Assembly (NCBI GenBank): GCA_000165425.1
Contig: CT868654.1
Location: forward strand, 124,001-188,000
Direction of reading: 5' to 3'
DNA length: 64,000 nt
Source of the DNA: Paramecium tetraurelia
Taxonomy: Eukaryota
Of this stretch, positions 1-13,985 are shown in pieces. Both the position numbers and the translations under genes were made by a program. Under the pieces are notes generated by a model. That model was not told where the DNA came from and did not search any database. It worked only from the letters and a program-made list of their open reading frames with translations. How positions within the stretch are numbered: the stretch's first letter is position 1; every line of letters begins with the position of its first letter.

Positions 1-1685
1 TACTTCTTAATTCCTTATAAGATTGGAACCATTCACATCGATAGCAAAGGAGATCTAAGGGAATAAGTTTGATATTCCTGATCGTCTCTTTTATTCTCTG
101 GTGGAGAGTTTCCGTTGTGCAACAGAGGACATTGCAGATGTAAGAGAGTTGATTCCAGAAATGTTTTGTTTGCCTGAGATGTTTCTTAATTTGTAGAACT
201 TGCAATTTGGTAAAACACAGAATGGAATCATTGTTAACAATGTTTAATTGCCTAAATGGTCTCATAATAATCCATGGAGATTTGTGGCAGGTTAAAGGAA
301 TGCACTAGAAAGTGAGGAAATATAAAGAAATTTACCAGAATGGATTGATTTGATATTTGGATTTAAGTAGAGAGGAAAAGAGGCAGAGAAGAATTTAAAT
401 ATTTACTTTTATGTGACATACGATTAATAATTGACATTGTAAATGATGGAAGAAAATAGACTTAGTATTGAAGCTTAAGTTGTGAACTTTGGAATTACTC
501 CATTATAGTTATTCTTGAAACCTCATATTGGTAGATAGATCAATAATGAACATCATTTTGTTTCAAATTCCTAAGAATTAAAAGTCTATAGGCCATAAAA
601 TAAAAAGAAGGTACCCAATACCATGAAGCCAATTATTGATTTATAATAAGCAAGCAATAGAGCAATCGTTAAGATAAAATGGATTTCAGATGTGAGATTG
701 ATATGTATAAGAAAGGAAGGTAAGATTGATTTTCTTAAATGGACAAGTCAAACTGATGTTCAAGCCAATCAACCACCCTTCCAATGTGGTTTAGAAAGAG
801 AAAAACAATTCAACTTTGAAAAACCTCAGACTGAACTTTTCAATATTTGGGATGTGTCTGCTCAATTGTCTTCATATCCTATGTTGGTGTTTAATTAGGG
901 CAAACTCTTTATTTGTGGAGGGTATCACCTAGGTAAATTGATTATCATTGGTGATAACAACCAAATTGTTGATATCTATCAGATACATACTGCCACTATC
1001 ACAACGTTGGCCTCAGATAAAAAGGAATCTGTGATCATATCTGGAGATAAGAGTGGACATGTCATCTTATGGAATGTTGATAAGCAGAAGGATATCTATA
1101 AACTGCATGCCAAATGCATGTATTTTGATCATCAGAATCAAGTAATTGATTATTCATAATTTAGATCAATTGCATTCATGTTTCTACCAATATGAAACTA
1201 TTTGCAACTGGATGCACAGGTGGTTATGTTTATCTGTATAATCTATACAATGGGTAATTGATGAGATCATTCATACATCCCAATAAGAATCCAATCAATG
1301 CGATTGTCATGAGCAATAGACCGCTGTTCTGCATCGTTTTCTATTCAGCATTTGATCATCAAATTTATAGTTATTCCATCAATGGATTCTTATTGGAAGT
1401 TCAATAGGAGCAGAGTTCATCCTTGATTGATTGTCAAATTATGAGGAATAATCTCTTTTAAGACATTATGGTAACAATTTATGCATATCTGTATAGGTAT
1501 ATGGCACTGAAAATGGCGAATTGGTTAGAAGATAATTGCCTTATTTATAATAATTAAAAAGATTTCAAATATCAGCCAAATCCCCTGTATTATCAATTTC
1601 TTGCTCAAAGGATAAGAAGTTTTTCATTTGTGGATGCAACGACGGCGAAATTTCAGTAATGGCAGAACCTCAATAAAATAAATGA
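1..1685 (+). CDS. BEACH-domain / WD40 protein (neurobeachin/LvsC-like), 5' end outside window
   Basis: Ciliate-code translation gives FLIRLEPF...KFDIPDRLF...DVRELIPEMFCLPEMFLN...LPEWIDLIFGFKQRG...NFGITP (BEACH signature), then WD repeats (IISGDKSGHVILWN; FATGCTGGYVYLY). Introns at about 1142-1164 and 1472-1497; stop TGA 1683-1685. Confidence 0.93.
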
Positions 1686-1720
1686 ATTATATAATTATAT
1701 ATATATAATATTTTATTTTT

Positions 1721-2983
1721 ATGAAAAACGTGAACAAATTTGTGTTATTGTCATTTCTTGTGATGATAAACTATGCATTGGAGGATGTTGATATGAAATA
1801 ATAAATTGAATAACTTGATCAAAACAGATTTGGTCACACTCTTCTTGATACAATTTACTTATAATTGTAAACCTAAGAACCGATTGAAAGATTAATGGGA
1901 ACTTTACAATAAATAGAGGATAGATATTATTAGGATTAGAAAGAAGAGGATGTTTCACATAAGGACTATCAAGACTCCTGCACTGTGGTATTGTCTCTAA
2001 ACATTCCAAATAGGATCTCTAAAATTTAGATTAGAATATCAAAGTGAGTGACAATGAACGCATCAAGTTGGAGGCAAGATTGGAAGGTGAACTTTATCCA
2101 AAGAGACAAATCTTATAGAAATTAATCACTCAAAAGCAAGGAGAGCTTAAAGAATTCACTGGAGAGTTGAATGAATTGGATCAATAAAGAGAAGAAGAAG
2201 GTGAGGAGTATCAACATAAAATTCATGAACACGAAGATGTTATTGCCATCTTGATGTAAGCTAGAACACTATTCACAGAGAATCTATAGACACATGACAA
2301 CTCATTTATCTAATTGAATAACAATGGAATTGAATTACTGTAAAAACATTTCGGAGCATCCATCAAAAGAGCAAGTACTCATTATTTCAAACAATATCAT
2401 AGGCAAATTTACTTACAGAACCTCTTGGGGTAAAATGTTCAAAGCTTTAGCCACTATTACCTCTAGAGTTCATTAGTTGTAAGATTCAGCTCAAGTTGAG
2501 AATGTCATCTTGCTTATTGATTAATTATTAGAATAAGTTCATGATTCAATGGATCTTGAGAAGTTCTCAGAAGAAAAAAGAATTCAAGCATATGAGAAGA
2601 CTCGAAATTTGCTTGTCATTTCAATCAACACAACTGAAAGCACTTTGGCATCTGCAACAACTGATTTGGCATTGTAATTTATATATATATTTCTAGAGTG
2701 AGTGAAATAATCGAATAAACATAAGCTACTCTGGACAATGTAAATTAGAGATTACAAATGCTCCAATTATCTAGAGATGATCGATTCACTATTTGTGAGT
2801 AGGAGGCTTAGGATTACTAGGATTCCAGATCATAGAGGTAATAATTGAGTTTATCAAACTCTTAGGGATTCTGACAGAGATGTTGTATCTTAAACTATTG
2901 GATTACTGAATAAATCATTAAGAACTCTGAAGGAACAATTAGCATTAAGAATGTCGGCGGGAGAAGAATTTGAATATTTTTGA
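1721..2983 (+). CDS. Trichocyst matrix protein (TMP/Grl-type) precursor
   Basis: Signal peptide MKNVNKFVLLSFLVMINYA, then ...LDQNRFGHTLLDTIYLQLQTQEPIERL...YQDSC, acidic coiled-coil segments, a central basic spacer and a late Cys (RFTICE). This layout is typical of ciliate dense-core granule lattice proteins. Four short introns; TGA 2981-2983. Confidence 0.8.
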
Positions 2984-3132
2984 TGAAAATATTATCACTC
3001 AATTTCATGTTATTTAATATAGAATAAGATTAATTATAAATTTTTCATGGAAATTGCAAGAGGAATACCATCTAAATTTAAAAAACTCATTCATCAAAAA
3101 TCTCAGTCATTATTCAAGAAACATTAAGGATT

Positions 3133-3519
3133 TCAATCCAATACGAATGCAAGCCAATCTTAATCTGAGAGTTTGCTTTGAATATTTGATCTGTTCATTG
3201 ATTTGATTCTAATCTATTTTTTGCATGTTGATCCCCTTGTAGTTAAGCATTAATCAACAGAGAATTCTTTTCGTTTTTAGAAGGACGATTCTGGTCTCTC
3301 AGTAACCAAAAGCTTTTTATTGACATAGCAAATTTTGTCAAGTATTTCCTTAGCATGTTTCTGAGTTGGAGTCACCTAATGATATTCAAAGAGGGGTTTC
3401 TTAGTGTAAAAGTTCTTGTATTTCGAGAATCTTGGTTTGAATGAGTTGATTGACTAGTCACCTAAGAAAAGATGCGATCCTTCTATAATTAGTTATTATC
3501 CATTAGATTTGTGTCTCAT
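3133..3519 (-). CDS. Hypothetical basic protein, 128 aa
   Basis: Intronless ATG-to-TGA frame in the ciliate code (MRHKSNGQQLIIEG...DWLAFVLD*); no recognised domain. Confidence 0.6.
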
Positions 3520-3818
3520 TAAATAAAATAAAATGATTTCGTCATAAATAGTGTGGTTTTATCATTAACCACCATAATATTAATTGGTCGCAATAACAAT
3601 TCTAAATTATGGATAATCGAACCAATATGTTAATTAATTTTAATCAGGATGCCTGGTTATTAAATAATACGGTAGAAGAATGCTATTAGAATATTCATAA
3701 TGTGTAATAAGAAGTATGAGTTATTATTAATAATTTTGAAATTAATGATATATTTGAAAACAATATTTAGGTTAGATTTATTTAATAAAAGTAATTGATA
3801 AATATATATTTAAACAAA

Positions 3819-4862
3819 ATGAGCTCTATTTCCATTTAAAGACACGTGAATTACGGGGAAGTCATTCTAATTGTTGGCGATTGTCATTTAGTGTAATGGA
3901 ATGTGTAAAATGGAATTTAGATGGAATGGAATCCTGGAGATGTTTGGAGAGCCAGAGTAGAGTGTTGTTGTTTACCAATGAATTACAGATACGTGATAGT
4001 GAAATAAAGCAATCGACAGATAGTAGAATGGGAAGATGGAATAAGCAGAGTATTGAATTCCCAAAATGATGTGGAGGATGCATGGAACCATATCAAAATA
4101 AGAATGAAAGTGAACTCATTTCATGATTCCAAGATGTTTGTAAATTTATATTCAGAAAAGGGAAGAATCTAAAATTAGACTCGACTAATTCGTTACTGAA
4201 TGAGAATGAATTTGAGTATAGGATGGAATTGGAAATCCCAAGTAAGTCCATTCATTCCTATGCTTATAAATACCAATAAAATCACATCTGGGAACGAAAT
4301 GCAGTCAGACTATTCACTCAACATCCCATCCTTAACAATGTTATCGAAATCACGGATTCCGACGTTGATTTTGCACTCAGCTATAATCAACTATTGGAGA
4401 ACATCTATGTGGGCTCATTCCTCTACACTGAGTAACATTTCAACATAAGCTTTTAGTGAACTTCACGTTCTTTAGAATTTGGGAGTTGAAGCCATAGTTA
4501 ATTTATAAACCACTGAAGATCTGATAAACAAGGATTTGCAAGAGGATTACTTTGATCACATACGAAAATCTTGTGAATCTTATCAGATTACGTACTTGCA
4601 TTGTCCTATACAAGATTGCAATAAGCGATCCTTCTTGAAGAAAGGAATGCAAGCTCATCAGATCTTGAAGAAACTGATGCAGGAGGGTAAGTGCGTCTAT
4701 GTTCATTGCACTGATGGCATTCAGAGGAGCATTTAAACAGTCATTCTCTATTTAGTATTGGATTTAAACTATTCTCTGGAAGATGCAATTGCACTTGTGA
4801 AGGCGATAAGGAAGAGATCAAAGCCTATTCGAGAAGTATTGTAGTAACTCTTGGAGCAGTGA
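3819..4862 (+). CDS. Laforin-like glucan phosphatase (CBM20 + dual-specificity phosphatase)
   Basis: N-terminal CBM20 (HVNYGEVILIVGD...QWN...MEWNPGDVW...YRYVI...EWEDGISR), a second degenerate CBM-like segment (YAYKY...IWERNAVR), then a DSP domain (YNQLLENIYVGS; AIVNLQT; PIQD; VYVHCTDGIQRS). Needs a 3n+2 intron near 4136-4165 plus intron 4432-4456. Confidence 0.85.
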
Positions 4863-4938
4863 ATGATTTTGTATTTGTTATCCTTTTTTTTGTATTTTAT
4901 TTAAATATTCATGTATATTTTTATATGTTTGTATTAAA

Positions 4939-5381
4939 TCATTTACCATCGTATTAGGTGATGTTGTGTTTGAAATGCTCTAGTTATTCTTCTGCATGAT
5001 GTCTGTCTAATATTTATTCATTCAACTTCTTCTCTTCTCCTTCAAGTCCTTTTCCAAATCCCTATGTAATTAATTCGCAAATCTTACCAACACATATCTG
5101 GGTGGTTATTTGAAATGGCCAAACTAAAATTAAATGTGATTCATACTGTTTCATGTAAGACTCCTGGGTCCATGTAGGCACAAAAGAATCCAATGGCGCA
5201 AGTGATATAAAACATAGTTCTTCCAAATCTGTAATCTACTGGAGACACCCATCCAAGATGAGTTTGAGTATGACCCTTTTGGGCTACAATCATGCATTCA
5301 CAATTTACCTGTCAGATTTTAGTACTTGTTTTCATTAAAGAGGAGCCTGAAATTCCTATTGAAAATGCTAGCTTTTTGCAT
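4939..5381 (-). CDS. Small single-pass membrane protein, probably mitochondrial
   Basis: Three introns. Spliced product MQKASIFNRNFRLLF...RFGRTMFYITCAIGFFCAYMDPG...QYDGK* (~120 aa) has an Arg-rich, acid-free presequence-like N-terminus and one hydrophobic helix. Confidence 0.75.
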
Positions 5382-5453
5382 AAATTATAGATAAATAATA
5401 TATTAACTGGGGGGGAAGATAAAAATATAATTAAAATAATATAAAAGTCACTT

Positions 5454-6788
5454 TCATTTATTTTCTAATTGAAAAGAATCATCATCCATTTGTGGTTCAT
5501 CTTCATCTAATTATTTATTTATTTAAGGTAGTTGAGTAAGTTTGTGTTAGGTTGAAGGAGCACCTACATTAATTGAACCTTACCTTTTTAAATTTAATCA
5601 GCTTAAATAAGATTGATTAGTATTTTGCCAATCTACAAACTACAAGCAGCACAATCAATAGAAACTTTCTTGTCTATGGATACAAGAGTCCCAAATTTAC
5701 TTTTGTTGTCCTAGATTACGAAATTACCATCAGTCAATTTAATGGTGGCATGGTGTCTAGAAACTGTGATGTCCTGTGCTTTGATGTCGCTTTGGAATCC
5801 TCTTCCCTTGAATATGGAATAGTTGAATTACGATTTTGATGTTGTCCATGAGGAGACTGTGGATTAAATAGACTTCATTGCATAAATTCTTGTCCTTATT
5901 GATGTTCTAATGAATAGTGAGGGGGAGAGTACTTCAACAAGGATGTATTGCAAATCAGGGCGTTCAAGTGTAAAAAGATCGTAGAATTCATCCTCATACT
6001 GAACTCGTATTGGGAGACCTTCTTTACAGATGGAACATTCGTGTTGTTTGTTCCTAATATGGAGAATTAAATAACCATTTAAGAGTCAAACCAAATTGAG
6101 TTACTTCTTTGTTGATATTTGAATCTACCCAATAACGCAAACACTCCAGATGAACAGCCTATCCGTTGCCAGCACAACGACAGATATTAGTAAGAAAGAG
6201 TTGGTCCTTGCTCTGCCTTCCTTCCATGAAACAAAACTTACATTGATATGTCACATTGGAGTCGCTGAGGAAGGAGCTCTAAAATTTGATTGCCTAATTA
6301 GCATACCTTGATGGAGCAGGGAGCTTTGAAGGTCTGCAAGTGTTTATTGCGTTCTTCAATGACCTTGTACTCACTTTAAATTAATAGAGTATAATAAATA
6401 CACTCTTCCCAGACGAATGATAGAATTAACTACAAGGGGATATTCTGGCCCATTGGATGATTTGATGTCCTTGACCACCATGAAGGGTGGCTGCATTACA
6501 GACAACAGGATTTCGTATTGATTTTCTAATAAAGTTGAATTATCGATAAGTCTTACTTGATTTGCTCACTTTAAGGAGCTGATTCTTATTGGGCAACATC
6601 TCAGCACTCTCGGTGTAGACTTGATCTGCAAAATGCATTTCATTATTACTCTCTTCATATATCGTGGTTGAACCTCCTTTAAATTTCCACACTGGGAACG
6701 TGTCAGTCTGCTCATGATCAATCAGACCCATCCCCTACTTCTGATCTTGCTTGATCTGCACTTCCAAGTTGCTTTTATAGGCTGGCAT
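5454..6788 (-). CDS. FHA-domain and RING-CH (RINGv) E3 ligase-like protein
   Basis: RING-CH pattern CKFC...NICRCAG...VHLECLRYW...CSICK; FHA motifs GRGFQSD...DITVSRHHA...DNKSKFGTLV; an earlier degenerate FHA-like IRLGRV; several short introns. Confidence 0.88.
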
Positions 6789-6824
6789 AATTATAATCAT
6801 CTTGTTAATTAATAAAAATCGTTA

Positions 6825-7520
6825 ATGAGCAAGGTGTTCTCTCCAGATTAACGCAATCTAGGAGGTCGGCGAATTATATTGCAATAGATGCTCCAGCATC
6901 TGCATCATGTTGAGACTGCCAAGAGCACTCTCTCCCAAACCAACTCAAGCAGTAAACTACTACGTCGAACTCCATCTCCAGTTTTCAAATTCCTGGATCA
7001 ATACAAGGAAGTCCTTAATACCTTTGACAAGGTGCAAAAGATCCAATAAAAAAGACCGTCCGTTGAGAAATTCAAAAACAACTACTTCCTCAAAAAAGTG
7101 CAAACCACCAATACCGAACATCAAAAGAATTTTGAAAAATGTAAGAAGAGGATCCAAGAAATGAACAACAAGAACAAGACCACTCTCAATCCAGCCCTCT
7201 TCTTCAGGAGAGTGGATAAGAGTCTTATCAATAAGACTTGTCCAATAAAGTAATCAACTTCAATTTAATAAGTGCAGCCACGGCCACAAAAGAAAGAAAT
7301 ACAACAAGAGATTGATTGGGAAAGCATTGCTAAAAAAATACCCTAATTAGCTGATCCACTTTTTAAGAATAAAATAACTGACTTGATCGTTTCCAACAGG
7401 ATCTATAGCGATGATGATTATGCATTCCTAGTCTGCCTGATTTCAAGTGTGAATAATGCTGAATAATCCAAAATCATACTAATAATGAGCTAAATATTGA
7501 ATGAGTTGGGATTGTTGTGA
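6825..7520 (+). CDS. Hypothetical 231-aa protein, possibly SPATA7-like ciliary protein
   Basis: Intronless frame. N-terminal ILQQMLQHLHHVETAKS and C-terminal ITDLIVSNRIYSDDD resemble SPATA7-type motifs by eye only, so the family call is weak. Confidence 0.65.
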
Positions 7521-7601
7521 TTTTGGCTATTATAATTACTTTTTGTTATGTTTTTAAAAAATAATATATATATTATTATTATTACTAAATATTAATCAAA
7601 A

Positions 7602-8383
7602 ATGTCATAAATAGAAGAAACCTTAAAGAAATACCCCAAATATATGCCAACCTTGGTGAGATACGAGGAGCCAATTGAAATAAACGAAGATGAGATGCAA
7701 CTTGAAATGCAAGAGCAAGTGTTAAATTAAAAAAAAAAATAATAACTGTAACCTTTGGATCAAAAATGGTCCATTGATGAAATTTTGAATAAATTCTTCC
7801 CTCCCAGACGATTTGAACATGAAGCACACTTCTTCAAATAGGTGGTCAGTGTCAATGATGTCAAGAGAGATGAATTGAATCAATTGGAAGCAGAATTAGA
7901 TTAGAGACTGATCGAGAGATAGGCTCGGTAGAATTTAATTGCAAATATTATAGTAAGAGTGGCATATGTCCAGTGAGAGAGGACTTACATAGTTAATTAT
8001 TTGAAGAGATCATTAGACAGAGTGCAATCAATTGTCCAGAGAGAGGACTCCTCTTGATGAGAGTGTATGATAATTTGAAGTTAACTTTTGCAGCATATCA
8101 AACACTCTATGCTGGATCAGTTGTATTTGGAAATAGGAAGGCAGCGGAATCTGAAATTGGCAAGAGTGAGCAGGATTCAAAAATAGCTGATTATGACAAA
8201 AAGAAGATCTATTTGGAAAACTAAAAAATCTTATTGGAGAATGAACTCGATGCCATATAGAGAAGTTTTAAGGAGATCCGAGAATTGGAAGAGAAAAGAA
8301 TGGAATCTGAGATGCAATTTTTGAAGTAACAAACTAAGCATTTAGAGCATTTTTTGAAATAAGTGCAATAGAATTAATAATGA
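7602..8383 (+). CDS. Axonemal inner-arm dynein light chain p28 (DNALI1/IDA4 family)
   Basis: ILNKFFPPR...LDQRLIERQAR|KSGICPVREDLHSQLFEEIIRQSAINCPERGLLLMRV is the p28 family signature; one 26-nt intron; TGA 8381-8383. Confidence 0.93.
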
Positions 8384-8570
8384 TTTATTTAGAATATCAA
8401 TATGAATACAATTTATATGTCAAAGTATAGATATATGAAAGTTTCAAGAATTCGCATTGAATGTTGAAACAATTTAAATTGAGTGGATTTAGCAAATCAG
8501 TCTTGGTTATGTTAATTCAAATGTACAACTATCTAATAAAAATACATCTAAATTGTTAATTTATTTTATT

Positions 8571-11500
8571 ATGTTATTATTGATCTTGCTCTTTCAGACG
8601 TTGATGCCGTCATAACAATATGATTAAGAAATAATCGAATTGGAAATTGAGAAACAGTATGAGTTTTACGGGTATTGGTGTTTGATAAATGGCTATTAGT
8701 AAAGTGCCCGGTGGGTCGACATCCGAACTTTATGCAGTCCACTTCTATTAGTTCCTAGTGGAGAACGTAGTACCGAATGAGGACATATTCGTAGTGCTTA
8801 AGGCTCTGCATGATCAAAGCTCTTTCCCTTCCCTTTACATTAGTAAGGTGAATTAATAGTATGTGTGAATGTTTTAATTAGTCCAACTATCCACGATGAG
8901 TTATGTGGCAATAATGGGATGGATGTTTGTGTGATCGAGGAAGAGAACCTAATTGCTAATACAACTTATTATTTGGGAGTGTATTGTATGTAGGATTGCG
9001 ATTACGAATTAACCATCCATTATGAGGAGGAGGAAGTCTTGGCGTTGGGAGAGGCAGTGATAGTGAAATTCGCCAATGAAACAGAAAGTATCCTTAAGGT
9101 TGGCATGCCAAGCTCAATGGATGGGATTGATAGAATTCTAATTCGAGCTCATTACATTTAAGACAGGAACACAGTGTTAAAGGAGTCCTTTCATTTCTAC
9201 GTCAATGAAGGAAATGAAACACCATCCCCTGTGTAATTCTAGTATGAGGCAGAGGGGATTTGGATGATAGGAAAAGGAGTGGTGATATATAAAAACAGTA
9301 CCAATCTTAAGGGGAATTTGACTGTCTTGATATTAGGTGTACCCAATACTAGGATGTACTTTGTAACTACAATTTATGAGCGTATTCGAAGTGTCGGTCT
9401 ATTTGAGAGGATAGATGACCTTGTTATTGAAACTAAAACCAATTACTACAAACTCTCAGTTCAGGATGAATATTTCGAATTCTTAGATAGAAATTCATTG
9501 TCTTTTGACATCCATCCTTTTGAAGGCAATCCTGATGTTTATATAACACCTTGTCATAATGGCGAGTGCTCTTTGGATTATAAAGAGTATTTGTGGCAAT
9601 CGCAATTAGATCTAGGTTATGAATCAATCACAATCTCCAGAAGCAATAGGATTAAAAATGGAAATGAGAGGGAATTTATCATAGCCATTAATGGAGTGAA
9701 CAACTTTTCTAGTTTTTCCTTTGTGGCTTATTTGAGTAATTACTATAGTCGAGTGTTGTCAATTCATACCTTTGAATCTGGCTTTTTGGGGAAGAATGAA
9801 CTTGCAGAATACATAGTTGATACATATGATGAACTCAATCAAACATTTACCATAACTGCAAACTATCCCAGAGGACATGGTATCATCATCTTAAAGAAAT
9901 GCAGCAAGAACAAAATTGAGTTAAGTCAAGTGACCAACCATTTCGCTTACATCATCAATGCAGGACCTGATAATTATTATAATTGCTCAATTACCAAAGA
10001 GCAAATAGAACAAATCCAGATTGGACAAGTGTTGAAATCAGGAAGTTCAGAGTTGCATTCAGCTGAGAATACTATGCAATTCTATTATAATAAGACTGAG
10101 TGCTAGAGCAATGTTACAATGCTCAAATACGAGAACGTCTTGACTAATTGTTAATATGTGGTTGGAGTCTACAGCAATGTTGAATACATGAACTACCAGA
10201 TATTTATCAAGGGATAGGAGAAGCACGTTGAATTAACAGAGTCAACAACTCATCGCAGTTTCCTTATGGAATATAGCACAGATTTATATTCATTCACAAT
10301 CCACGATGATGATTTAGTCGAAGTAGTATTTCAAATAACAGCTATCACTGGTGAATATGATGCTTTTGCCTCCAGGCTCTACGAGAAACCCAATTCCACA
10401 TTCTTCGATAGAAATGCCAATATGGATTTGGATGTCTTGCAATACAAGGCAGAAACTGAAACCAACGACTTATCTGGGGAGTATTACATTCGAATAATAG
10501 CCAAGGCTTTGCTCAGATATACCATCACTCCAATTGTGTATAGAAAATCACATGAAGAGATCAATTACATCCAACTCACTGAAAGCATCCCCTATTCTCA
10601 TCTATAAACTAAGATCGATTCAATTACTTACTTTAACTTTGAATACAGATAGAACGGTCCACTCTTCATTCATCTCAATGGAATATATGGCTATTTCATA
10701 TGTTATGTTATTGGTTCCAATGGAGTCATAGATGACAGGAACCCTGATTCTAATAAGTATGATTTCGCACTTAGAAGTTCACAACATACACTGATCATTG
10801 ATAATCCAAAACAGTATTATTACATCTAAGTCAACTCCATTTCCCTTGGTCTTAATGAATCCTATGAAATTCAATACACCTCCTCTAGTTCCCTCATGGA
10901 ATTATTCTACGGAGAACCACTCATCACTCAATTGGACAATTCACATTAATCCTTTTATTACTATCAAAATCCATACGCCTTGGAAAAGCTCTTCATTGTC
11001 AGAACATTTCTCACTGAAAACAATGAATAAAACAACCTCAAAGTTTACATCAGCTTGAAGAATAAATTCCCAAATCAAGAAAATTGCGATTACGAAATTC
11101 CCAATTCTGCCACCTACTTGACTTTATCGAATATTGCTGAGAACACTATTGTTTATATTGGGGTGAATAGTGTTGGGTACAATGAATACTCCCTCCTGAT
11201 TAGAGGAGTGACTGGTATCACAGAAATATAAGATAACACTGTGTAGTAGGTACCCATCCCATCATTTGAATAATACTAGTCATCTAATTTATATTTCCTA
11301 GTTCCCAAGAATCTCAACAGCACTATTCAAATATAAGCATATACTCAATTCGCTGAAATCATCTTGTTTTGTGCTATAAAAGACTATGCTGTGGTCTCCA
11401 AAGATTTAAGAAGTAATAATCACTCCATATTCCCCAACTCCTCTACCAATGGCCTAGAAGAAGAAGCCAGTGCAAGTGTGTCTAATAAGTTACTCGTAAT

Positions 11501-13884
11501 CTACAAAGAGTAGTTACAAGTTTGTTAGACCTATAAACAAGGTTGTGTGTTATTGATAAGTGTGAAATTAGATTAGCAATCGCTATTTTCATACATCTAG
11601 GGCAACTCATATAACAACATCAGCACAGTGAATGGTGAGGATGGATATTTCAATATAATGATATCTACGCAATATTCGATAATCAAGAATGGGGAAATGT
11701 TGATTGGGTATGCTGGAGAGAATATGATGTCCTATTACTATTTCTATGTTGACACCCCTGTTTAATTCATTCAAATTACAGCCAGACCAGTTGATGATTG
11801 TGATCCAGATCTCTATGTGAATAAACTAATCAATGATACCATTTCATATCCAACTGAAGATTCCAATACTTATAAATCTATGTCGTATAAATCAGACATT
11901 CTGATAATCAGAGAGACTGACAATGTTGGGTCCTACATAATTGGAGTATCTGGATTTAGAAAGGAATGCACCTATGAGTTGCTGTTGAATTTCGCAGACA
12001 TTGAAATGTACTACATATCAAATGGTCAACTCGCAACTCATCAAATAAATCACACTGTTTATTACTTCTACCAACACATCAAAAAGGAATCCTTCCGCAT
12101 ATTGATTCAAAGAATGAATAGCGTCGATGTAGCCATCAATACATACTCCCAATACAATGACAGTGATGATGGTCTTTTTGATCTCCTACCATACTAGGGA
12201 ACAGATGACATCAAAATACTGTAGGAGCACAATGATAATCTCTTTGGAGGGGTCATCCAGATCAATCAAACAAATAAACACTTTTGCTATTACTGCACTT
12301 ACATCATTGCCTTGAAGCCATTGAGGAGTACTGAAATCTAATTATTGATTGCTTACAATTCAATAGCATTGGAGATTGAGCATGGAAGGATATACTATGA
12401 TCAATGTGTTGAGACTTGTAAATATCAAGTTGAGCATGGAGATCTGAATATCTATGTATATTCCTAAAACATTGAGTTGTACTTTTATGAAAATGAGACC
12501 TTAAAGTTTGCTATGAATCTGAGTAATTCTTAACACGCCATTCCAATAAATGCATCATACACAGTGAGCATTGTCAATCCTAATGTCAATTCAATTGCCT
12601 CGTATTGGTTGAGTTTGTAGAGCTAATAGAAATTTATTAATTTGCATCTTGGAAAATCCTACAAGGCTAATAACTCAGTTGCATAGAATGTTACTCAATT
12701 TACATTCACTCCAATTACGGTAGAGTAGGAGTATACTATAATTGTGAATTCCAAATCTAATGTAGGGGTGGAACTCTTTTACTTATCCAAGAATGTAACT
12801 GAATTCATTTTGATTAATCCCATTCAAGAATGGAGTGTTAGTAAATCGCAGTTGGAATTAAAATACATATTACCCAGTGTGGATTACTATTATAAGATTA
12901 CCTTGCGATGTTAGGGTCAATACAGTATCACTCTCAATTTGGAGGGTTTAAAATACATAGATCAGAATCAGCACTACATTGAATAAATACAATCTGCTTA
13001 AATTTACAACATATATGGAGCGAGGGGTCAAGAATTGCTGGTTGAAAAGATTGATTGTTTAGGCAAAACTGAAAGCAATTTGACTTCCTATCAATTTAGG
13101 AATTCAAGTGATATCTATTTCAATGTAACTCCCACTTCATTTGTCAGTTATAACAAGAATGGAATATCTATAAGGAGGAACATCTATAGTTTGATACCAC
13201 ATCTTAAATACTCGCATGATGCTTGGTACTACAGCAAAGCAATAACTTATCAAGCAGAAGAGAATACTGAGGATCAGACATTGACAGTCACTGTGGACAC
13301 CATGAAAAGAAATAAGACTGGCATCTCCTAACTCAGAATGCTCATGTAAGTAATTAATTGTAATGTAGTTATCAATTGCATTATTCAAATCAGGAACCCT
13401 TTATGAATGCCTTTGGATGTCAGATGGACGTTGAATCTCTAAAACACTACACAAGCAGCGAATTGTTCCACAGCAAATCCCTGTAAACAATTAAGGAGGA
13501 GGATGAAATAGTGTCATTTTAAAGTATCATTGTGAAATAACATTCATTTTAGTACCACTCCCTTAGGATGAGACCGTGCTTTATGGTTTGATTGTGTTCC
13601 AAGCATTCTATTAGGAATATGACGCTCCTTACACTTATTTCTACAACACTAGTTTGATTTACAATAGAACACAAATAAAGGCACCTATTAAGAAAGATCT
13701 ACAAGCAAATAATGATTATGTTATTATGATTTTGATGGCAGCAGTGACTGGTTTGGTTCTGTTGCTGTTGTTTTTGGGGATAAGAAAGGTTATATAGAGG
13801 AGAAAGCAGTCGTTGCAATTCAAATCAGAAAAGATAAAGAATGTCACAGTGGATGAGGAATAGGAGCAAGTGAAAACAGTATGA
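8571..13884 (+). CDS. Large (~1,700 aa) type-I membrane protein with repeated beta-rich extracellular modules
   Basis: Signal peptide MLLLILLFQTLMPS; recurring modules FPSLYISK, GNPDVYITP, GEYDAFASR, CDPDLYVNK; many N-x-S/T sites; C-terminal TM segment (YVIMILMAAVTGLVLLLLFLGI) and a short basic tail; a few short introns. Confidence 0.85.
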
Positions 13885-13985
13885 TGATTTAATACCTATT
13901 TTGTTAAGTTAAATTTCAATACTGTAATTAGTACAAATATTAAGCATAAAGAATTATTAATAATAATTATTTTTCATTATAATCT

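Noticed and set aside
4197..4199. In-frame TGA in the laforin-like gene as a possible second Sec codon
   Set aside because: The downstream coding sequence is in another frame, and a 20- or 26-nt GT..AG intron just upstream bypasses the TGA; no SECIS was seen.
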